In this document: positions 51,303-62,192 of the stretch, in pieces
Layout of the letters: every line of letters starts with the position of its first letter
How positions within the stretch are numbered: position 1 is the first letter of the stretch
Source of the DNA: Eledone cirrhosa
Lineage: Eukaryota
DNA: 64,000 bases
Reading direction: 5' to 3'
NCBI GenBank assembly: GCA_964016885.1
Contig: OZ024747.1
Location: forward strand, 13,888,001 to 13,952,000
Translations under genes and position numbers: made by a program
The notes under the pieces: model-generated
Told to the model about the DNA's origin: nothing
Databases searched by the model: none
What the model saw: the letters and a program-made list of their open reading frames with translations, nothing else

Positions 51303-54300
51303 TATAATCATCATCGTCATTGTTTAACATCCAGTATCCCTACATATATGGAAAATAAACATTAACCTCTTCAGTGCCATAGACGAGATAACTCGTCCTA
51401 ACATCACAGACGAGATAACTCATGCTAACATGTTTGAACTCTTTTCCAACAGTTCATAACTTCAAAGCTAGATGGGGTTACTAGTTTATTGATATGACAT
51501 TTGTCAATCATTCAGATATGTGTTGTTAATAAATATTTGTTTAAAAAAATAGTCATTTTACTGAAAAAAAAACCCAGCACAGCAACTGTAGCTGTGTAAA
51601 ATATACATGGCAGTCAACAAGTTAAAGGTGATGACAAGGAAGATTATTTCATTACCCTTTCTACAATTCTTTGGTATTATTACTTATTCCATTTCCTATT
51701 TAACTCTTCAGTCAGCAGATGACTTTTTAGGTCGTTCCGGTTTAAGTGATTTCCCCCAGGTTTTACTCAATGGAATTCCGCTGAAGAAAAAATACCTCAA
51801 TGCCGATATGCTCGAAGAAGCTGTAGTAACTGAAATTCTACAGGGCACTCATGAAGTTCAGAGAGCCGTCTATCATGTAAGTAACTACGTTCATTAGGCT
51901 TTTTCGTGTCTGTTAAATTCTTTTTTAATGTCTCCGGTGTGGTGCCCTAATCCCAACTTAGAGGCGGGGGGGGGGGGGGATTTTGGCACAAAATCGTTGA
52001 TGTCTGTTATTTGGTCGTCTTCCTTTCATCTGCATTATGAATAACCAGGTTTGTGGATAAAGGGATAAAGTTGGCAAAATTCATCTGCAATAATTGGTGC
52101 CGCGCCATCGAGGCCGAAACAAATGAGATCGTGTAGGTGTCACGACAAAAAAACACACAGTCCACGCTGTAATGTGGCCGTGTAGGCAACACGGTAAAAA
52201 CCTCCCAGACCCACACTGTAAATGTGGTTGGTGTTAGGAAGGGCATCCAACTGTAGAAAACCTGCCAGACAGTCCTACGCGAGCAAGACAATCACTCTTG
52301 CCTCAAGTGGGACTACCCCCGTCCAAACCCATGCAAGCATGGAACACGGACGTTAAACGTTGATGATGATGATGATGATGAATACATTGGGGTCTTGTCT
52401 TGGTTAATCTTGATTAAAGGTATTAAAACCTTGACCATCCAATCTGTTTTATTTTTCGACAAAAACTATATTATTGTGACCTATATCAAAGACTATATTA
52501 TTGTGACCTATTTTTTTAATTTTAAAAATTACAATTCTATTTTTGTTTGTTTGTTTATTTAGGGTGAATTATCCGATAGTATGAATGTATTGGATTGGCT
52601 TATGGAGAAAGATAATGTGCTGCCTCGTATCAACTCACGCATTTTATCAGCACCTCTAATGTATTTAGATCTTACTGAAAATACTGGTTTGTATATTATT
52701 TCATCTTCTTTGTATAACAACAGTAACAATGATAATAATAATTGTTTCTAATTTAGGCATAAGGCACATCATCGCCTGGCCCTTGGGTGGTAGACTTATT
52801 CAGTCACCTGGTCAAACCATCTCTTGGCCTTTGAATGGTAGACTTAGTCAGTTACTTGGTTACACCATCTCCTGGCCTTTGGAATACCTCCTTTCTAACA
52901 CTTTCAAAGGCCCTGAAAAAGGGCCATAGGCACTGCTCTTCTTGCTTTGAACAAACAAAAAAATATATTTAAGAGGGATGCTGTGCTAGAGAAGACACTT
53001 TCAATCAATTCAAACATGGAAAAGCAGATGTTAATCGATGATGATGACAATAGAATTATACATGTACAAATTAACTTTATCTTAACTCTGATATGTTCTA
53101 GGATAATTTTTTTCAAGACACTCCTTTGAAATTAGCTTTGCCTTTCATCCTTATGGGAGTAGATAAAATAAAACACCAGTAATGCACTGGGGGTTGATTT
53201 AATTGACGTTCCTCTCCCCCCAAAATGTTTGGCCTTGTGCCTAAATCAGAAACCATTATTTTAATAATGTTTTGGTTTCTTGCTTTTCAGGTAAAAATGT
53301 TTTTCATGATGTTGATCTTTTTGGTGCCTTGTCTAACAAAGGAATGTCTTCACAAATGGCAAACAGCATCTTGTATATGACCCGAAAAGGTAAGTGATCT
53401 TTATATATAAAAATAAATGAATGTTCATGTGTGTGTGTGTGTGTGTGGGGGTGGGTGGGGGGGGGGGGGTGGGGTGCAGCATGGCTGACTGGTTAAGAAG
53501 TTTGCTTCACAATCATGGGATTCTGTGTCAACCGAAGCCCTCTGAAGGAAATTAAGCTGAGAGGAACTGCTTTGAAGCCCATAAGATGGTCTGTGGCTGT
53601 AATTCAAGGGTCCAACTTTGTCACATTGTGTCACATTGATTCTACTTGGGAATTACCATAAAGGTATGCATATCTGTGGAATACTCTGCCACTTACATGT
53701 TAATTTAACCAGCAGAATGTCCACCATTGGGGCTCTTACATTTCACATGTGGGCTGGGCATATTACTCACTTATTGCAGTCCTAACCACCATCACCATTT
53801 ATTACTAAATAACTTTTCTAAGTTTTCCTCTTAATTCAACATTTTTGTATTTCATCCCTTCTCAGATGATACAACTATTCGTCCTGTATCTATGTGGATT
53901 GTCACGGATTTGGAAACAGTTAAAGGGAGACAGCTTGTCTATACAGCGATCAAAACTCTGGTATGTATAGACTGCTGATGGCAACATTTTTGTATTCACT
54001 CATTGGAAAATGACAAAACTGTTTGTTTTCCACATTTTTCTGTCTACAATTTTTTTTTTTTTGTGTGTTTTCTACTATTTGTTTAGCTATTATTTTATTT
54101 TTGTATTTTTCAGAGATTCTCTAGCAACATGAGATTTGGCATTGTTTATAATCCTGCCAATGTCGAAGCAGAAAATCCTATCAACAAAGCTGTGTATGTT
54201 GCTCTGACGACACTTAGTGGAAATATGCTCCGAAATTTTGTTACAAAGCTTGTCAAAGAAGAAAACATAAAAGAATTGAATGATGGTACCAAAACTTTGA

Positions 54301-57300
54301 GGGATTTCGAAGTTAGCGTGAGTATTGTTTGGTGTTAAGATTTTGATGACTGATGATGTTAATGGCTCTAAATTTTTACAACCACTGATCTGTCATTTCA
54401 GAGATATGACCTTATTGTATTTGCTTCTGTTTCAGGGTATGGATATTGATCAGTATCTTGCTACATTGGAGAGACAAGATAACAGCTTTCTGAAAGTTCA
54501 TCATATCTTTGTTGAAAGAATTCTCTCACTTCCACCTGGAGCTCATGCAATTATTGGAAATGGAAAGGTATGGTACCTCATATTATTGACTCTCTGTCTC
54601 CTACTACATCATTTATTTACAGATTAGCAGAACTTTTAGAGCAGCAGATAAATTGCTTTGCATTATTAGTTCTAGGCAGGGGATTGGCAGTATCGGTAGA
54701 GAGTCAGATGACATGCTTTGTGGTTTAGAGTTACGACCTTTTACATTCTGAGTTCAAATCCTGCCGAGGTTAGCTTTGCCTTTCACCTTTACGGGGTTGA
54801 TAAAATAAAGCACCAGTAATGCACTGGGGTCGATTTAATCGACAATCCCCTCCCCCTTTCAAATTGCTGGCCTTGTGCCTATAGTAGAAATTGTTATTAA
54901 TTCTGGTTGTCAACTTTGCTTTTCATCCTTCCAAGTTTGAGAAAATAGAGTACCAATCAAGTACTTGGGTCAATTGAAATAGCTTTCCTCTCATGCAATT
55001 GCTGGTCTTGTGCCTAAATTAGTAATCATATTTTAAAACTTTTTTTGATAAACCTTTTTGTTTAATTTTCTGTTAACAGGTGATTGGTCCACTAAAAGAA
55101 GATGAGTTGTTTATACAAGAGGATTTCTCATTATTTGAGAAACACCTGATGCAAACAAGTGCAAGGAAGATCCAAGCTCATGTTGAATCTATTCAAATCA
55201 GTAGTGACCTGTAAGTATTTGTTGCTTTATCTTCTGTAACATATAAATTGATTTTAGATGTCTTTACTAATAGCTGGTGCATACAGAACCCAGAAGGGTG
55301 GCTCATACAGAACTACAGAATCTAGATGTATGACACTACAGAACATAGAATAATGGGTTACACATCACTACAGAACTTAGACTGGTGGGTTACACAACAT
55401 GATAGAACCTAGAAAAATGTGTTACAGACCGCTAGAAAACCTAGAATAGTGGTTTACACAGTATCGCATAGCCTAGATTAGTGGGTTACACACCACTACA
55501 GAACACAGAATAGTAGGTTACACACCACTACAGAACACAGAATAGTAGGTTACACACCACTACAGAACACAGAATAGTAGGTTACACACCACTACAGAAC
55601 ACAGAATAGTAGGTTACACACCACTACAGAACACAGAATAGTAGGTTACACACCACTACAGAACCTAGAAAAGTGGGCTACACAACATGATAGAACCTAG
55701 AATAGTGGGTTACACAGTACTACAAAACCTAAAAAGTGGGTTACACATGACGGGATCTAGAAGTGTGGGTCAAACAGTACCATAAAAAATAAAATAACAA
55801 TACAAGTTGATAACATTAAACTCAATGCCCTTGTTAAGAAGGGCATTGAGTTTAATGTTAATTTCTATATAAATAAATACACACACATATTGACATATAT
55901 ATGTGACATATATAGTTTATATATAGTTTATATAACATTTTTATATATGATTTATTATATGATTATCTTGCATATTTATTATGTTGCAGAGCTAGTGACC
56001 TTGTGATGAAGATTGCTTCTTTATTGTCATCAAAAACAATGAGTGAAAGTCGTAAAGACATCAACTATCATGCAGATGGTCACAGGTAAGGAAAAGAAAG
56101 TTTGGTTAGGAAAGATGAAAGTGTATTTATGAGGATTTTACTTAAAATTATCTTCAGTCTTTTACAGTTGTTCATCATTATCACCTTTACTAGACGGTGG
56201 ATTGGCAGTATCGGTAGAGGGTCGGACGCCATGCTTTGACGCAAAGAGTTACGGCCCTTGCCATTCTGAGTCAAATCCCGCCGAGGTTAACTTTGCCTTT
56301 CATACTTACGGGGTCGATAAAATAAAGTACCAGTAATACAATGGGTAATTTCTGGCCTTGTGCCAAAAGTAGAAACAATTATCACATTTACTGCCATATT
56401 TCTGAAATAGATCTAGTAGAATGTCTTTTGTAATCATCATTATCATCATCTTTTTATGTTCATTTTTCCATGTTTGCATGGGTTGGAAGGGTTAGGGTTA
56501 AGTAAGGGTCTTTTCCATGGGTTTTCTGCCCATGTCTTCTTTGGCCTTTCTTTACTGGAGCTTCCTTCTACTGAGAACTCCTGGCACTTCTTCACCTAAA
56601 GCAACCATCATCCATATACATTACAGGTCCATACCAGTGCAGCCTTCTCTCTTGCACACTACATTATGTATCTATTTGTATCAACACCATCATTGTCCTG
56701 AGGATGATAATAATGATGATGGTGTTTATTTTTCCATGCTTGCATAGATTAGACAGGTCTTCTCCAGAACAGTGGTTTGCCTCTGTGAGCTGACGCCTGC
56801 TGAGTTCAGCTCAAACCACTTCTTACTATGTATTCCAAAGTCTTCCTCATGAGCAGCTTCTTTCCACTTGGATCACTTGACTTTTCTTTCTCCAATCATC
56901 ATCATCATTTTACGTCCACTTTTCCCTGCTTGCAAGGGTGGGACGGGAACTGATTTTGGCTTGATTTCTACAGCTGGATGCCCTTCCTAACACCAACCTC
57001 ATTTACAGTGAGTGCTGGGTGCTTTTTTGCCGTGGCACCTTCACGACCACTTTGCAGTGGAATGATAGGGACCCCAGTCCCTATCATCTCATTTCTACAG
57101 CTGAGTAAACTGGAGCAATGTGAAATAAAGTGTCTTGCTCAAGGAAACAACACATCACCCGGTCTGAGAATTGAACTCACAACCTTTCGATTGCAAGACC
57201 AATGCTCTAACCACTAAGCCATGTGCCTCCAATGTTATCCTCAATACACTTCATGAAGATCAGTGGAATAAATATCTTACTTAAAAATAAGATATAGGTT

Positions 57301-60300
57301 CACATCAGAAAAGGTTTCTGTTTGTAGAATTCTTCCTTACAAAAGCCTTGTCTAACCCATACCAGCATGGAAAAGCAAATGATAATGATGGTGATATGTA
57401 TGTATATAAATATATGTGTGCACATGTAGTAATAGTGGCCACGAGGCTCTGTACTCTACCATAATAGAGATTACTATATTCTTTATTAAGACCAAGTTTG
57501 AGTCATTTTGCTCTGGAAATTTCAGATTGGCAGAATTGTTAAGCATTACATAAAATGTCATGTGATATTGGTTTTGGCTCTTCCCACTTCGAGGTAAAAT
57601 GCTCAATAGAATTCACTCAGTACCTCCTGTAAAGTGGTTGATGTTAGGAAGGGTCTCCAGCCATAGAAACCATGCTAAAGTTAGAATGTGTGAGTGTGGC
57701 ATGACCCTAGAAGCCATCTAGGAGTGCAGTGACTCCATTACCTTGGATGGTAATAATTTGTCTAACGTATTCCAACATGGAATTTGGGCATAAAATGCTG
57801 CTGCTGCTGCTGCTGATATATATGTATACCCCGCCCATCCCTTCAATCTATCTTATTTCTCATTCTTTCTTCTGAAGAAGGACTAGTGTCTGAAACGTTA
57901 AGACCCTCTTCCTGCTATTTCAAGCGTTAACCTAATATATTCCTTCCATATACTGTATCGATTGTGTTGTTATTTCTGTTTACCTTTTACATACATTATA
58001 TATATATATATATACATACACACACATGTATTAAAAAAGTCATCTATTTTACATATATTCAATATAGTGTCATCAAAGTCCCGGCTGATGCCAATGCACC
58101 CTCATTTGAAGTTGAAGTAATCATGGACCCTGTATCAAGAGAGGCTCAGAAGCTAATCCCTATTTTAATTGTAAGTAACTGATTTTATATATTGATCCTA
58201 TGGTAACCTTTTTATCCATTTTTTTCTAATGTACATGCTGTAAAGTGGTTGGTGTTATGTAGGGTATTCATCTGTAGGCACCATGCCATGCCTAAAAAAT
58301 GGTTGAGAGGAGTCTTCTGTTGTGTCAAAGACACAACATCTCTTGTGTTGGTGCCATGGTAAACTCACCCAGTACACCCCGTACAGTGCTTGGCGATAGA
58401 AAGGACATCCATCCATAGAAAAAACTTACCAACCAAAGAGTTCGGAGGACTCTTCAGTTGCATCAAAAACATGACTACCTCCTTACTGTGGTGCCTTGAT
58501 AAAATGCACCCAGTACACTGTAGTGTCAGAACATGTTAGCAAGATCTACATCGTGACCCATCTAAAAGGTCAGTGGCTCTAGCTAAGTACTAACTTAATC
58601 TAAGTACTAATACAGCTCAGTAGTTCAACATGCAGAGTCCAGTGGAATAAGTACCTTACTTAAAAGCAATTTAAGATTGGCATCATAAAGGGCATCATGA
58701 TGTAAGACACTGCCTCTGCATGGAATAAAATGAACTTTAAAATGATGTTAATGATGATAATTCTTCAAACTGTTTCAATATTTTGTTCTTTTCTAATCCT
58801 AGACTCTTCAAAAAGTTGCAAATATGAATATCAAGATTTTTATGAACTGCAAAGACAAGCTGTCAGAACTACCCCTTACAAAGTATGTATATATCTTCTT
58901 CATCACTATTTAGCATGGCTTAGATCAGATGACCCTATCTTGCCCCTACAGAACCATTTCTGGCTTGGTTTCTACAGTTGGATGCCCTTCCTAATGCCAA
59001 CCACATTTACAGAGGTTGGCATTAGGCTGGCTAAATCTATGTTGATATCAACTGTGACAGCAACAATATAAAATGTATGCAGCACACTCTGTTAGGAGGT
59101 TGATATTAGGACAGGCGTTAATGAGCAGTTTAAAATGGGGTCTACAATTCACAGCTGACCTGTGCCTGTGACCAGCTGTGAGGGGGTGGGGGAGGATATT
59201 TTACATCTGACCTGAGCCTATAACCAGCTGTGAAGGGGGAGGGGGGGGGCATTTTACATTTAACCTGAGCCTATTACCATCTGTGGAGGAGGGAAGGAGG
59301 CATTGTACATCTGACTTGGGTATATTACCATCTGTGAGAGGGGGAGATGATATTCTACATCAGACTTGTAAGGGGAGGGGCAATTTTATGAGGTTCAGCT
59401 GAAAGGTTCATAGGCTGACCAAGATATTCTCATCGAATGACCAAATGAAGTTTATTTCTCAACATACTCCATAGAAAGAAACAATGCAGTTATTAATATG
59501 AAGAGTTGAAATTAATGCATGCAAGATTTTACAGCTCTAGCATAACTCCTTCATAATTAATTAAGAATACTTCTCTCCTTTACATCAACCTGAAGCCCTA
59601 ATGTAGGTTGTAGGCACAGCATTTCACTCCCTAACTAAATGATAAAAAAAAGAAAAATGGGGGGGAGAAAAAAAAACCCTTGTGATTGTTTACACTGTGA
59701 TAAAAGTAACTTGTTTTACCTTCTTTCCATGTCAGCTTCTACCGTTATGTGCTGGATCCTGAATTGAAGTTCAGTGTGGATGGAGACGTCTCTGTTCCTT
59801 CTGCCAAATTTGAAAACTTGCCACAGAAGTCATTGCTCACTCTAAACATGCACCCACCAGAGAGCTGGTTGGTGGAAGCAGTGAAATCTCCTTACGACTT
59901 GGATAACATCATGTTAGAAGAGGTACGTAGTCATTTATTGAATCTATTACAGGCATCTATAGTAAGGGCATCCAACTGTAGAAAACCTGCCAGACAGTCC
60001 TATGCGAGCAAGACAATCACTCTTGCCTCAAGTGGGACTACCCCCGTCCAAACCCATGCAAGCGTGGAACACGGACGTTAAACGTTGATGATGATGATGA
60101 TGATGATTACAGTTTCTTTTCTATATCGTCATCATCCTCGTCATTTAGCAAGGGTTGGATGGGTTGTTTTCACAGACCAAGTCAGTAAGTAGTAAAAAAT
60201 GGACAGGTTAGTACTTAGCTGTAGCCATTGACCTATCAAATGGGCAAGGGGGTACAACTTGCTTTCACATGTTCTAACAAATTACAGAACATACTGGTAA

Positions 60301-60689
60301 ATTAAATGTATATATATATATATATATATATATTGGTAAACGGAATAGAAAATGCTGACAAATTGTTCACAGTTGAAAAATGGTTTAATTAGGAATAAAA
60401 GAGTATTAGTGATTGTATGGGTTAGTATTCAGTTGTGGTTTTAAGTTTTTAAGTTTTTACCGGTTGCGCATTTCTAAATGCTTTTCAAAAATAATTTTGA
60501 GATAGAGTGTCCGTGCTGTTTGCTCTGATCACCGGTAAAAACTTAAAAACACAACTGAATACTAACCCATACAATCACTAATACTCTTTTATTCCTAATT
60601 AAACCATTTTTCAACTGTGAACAATTTGTCAGCATTTTCTATTCCGTTTACCAATATATAATAACTTGTGTGTTACACCTCTATTCTTT

Positions 60690-60737
<48 letters not shown>

Positions 60738-62153
60738 TTAATTTAATTACTTTTTATTTAAACACACAAACAGACACACATACACATGTTCTTTTATCAT
60801 CAATATTTTTTATCTTGCAGGCAACTAATGGAGTGTCAGCTGAATTTGAACTAGAGTACCTCTTGCTTGAAGGTAGGTAATCAATTGTATTATATATTTA
60901 TTGATTTATTAGTATATATTTAATGGAAGTATTTTCTAATTGATATGTCTTGAGGAATGAGTAGTGCCCAGCAGGTCTTCTGCTGTCAAGGCCCATGTTT
61001 CACGGCCATGTAACATTGCAGTTCACATGCAGACATCGTACAGTTTATCCTTCATTCTGAGAGAGAAGCCCTTTGTTCTCAGCAGAGTATCAGCTCCCTA
61101 AACTTCTTCAAGCCTGTTCTTATCTTGGTTATCAAACTTTCAGAACATCCCTCCCACTACCCACTGCTAATTGGTCACCTACGTATCAAAAGCTATCAAT
61201 ACCTTCTAAGGAGCCTCCTTGGCAGCTGAGAGCATTTATTTCACATGTCCTCTTAGTGCTTACTTCTGTGCATCTGCTGCATGCAATGTCTATCATCATC
61301 ATCATCATCATCATCAGGTTTAGCGTCCGTGTTCCACGCTTGCATGGGTTTGGACGGGGGTTTTCCCACTTGAGGCAAGAGTGGTTGTCTTGCTCGCATA
61401 GGACTGTCTGGCGGGTTTTCTACAGTTGGATGCCCTTCCTAACACCAACCACATTTACAGTGTGGGGCTGGGAGGTTATAACCGTGTTGCCTACACGGCC
61501 ACATTTACAGCGTGGACTGTGTGTTTTTTGTCGTGACACCTACACGATCTCATTTGTTTCGGCCTGGATGTTGTGGGACCAACATAACTTTACATTGAAA
61601 GGGGCGGTGTGGGTGGGGTGGAGGTGGTGGGACGGGGGTGTGTTTTGATAGAGGTGCCTACTGACTGTAGTAGGTTTTTACTTTGTATTTAGGTAAGGCG
61701 GGTCTTCTCTATTACTGAGTACCGCCAAAGGTCTCGGTCCAGTGACATTGTCTTGGAGAGGTGTAAGCGTGTGAGGTCGGAATTTATCAGCTCGTCCCAT
61801 GTTTTTCTGGGTCTGCCTACTCCGTGGCTACCGTCTATCTTTTCTACCGTCTATGTATTTTGTTAACCTATCTGCATTCCCACTACACTTCTTGTGCATC
61901 CATAGATTACATTGTGTGCACCTTATGGAATTTCTGACCTATTGAACAAGGCCACTTCCCTGATATACCATATAATTTTCAACATACCATATAGTTTGAA
62001 TTAATGGTTTGTTGGTCCAGTAGATAAGTCATATACTGTATTTTACATTGTATCTACATGGAAAAAATATGTAACTTATGACTATTTATGATATATATAA
62101 TTCAAAATGGGGGCCACACAGGACAAAGACAACAGAAAGTCGGGCAGTCCCAT

Positions 62154-62192
<39 letters not shown>

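Noticed and set aside
61073-61648. 191-aa ORF, the longest in the track
   Set aside because: Antisense read-through of RTE fragments and a (CAT)n tail
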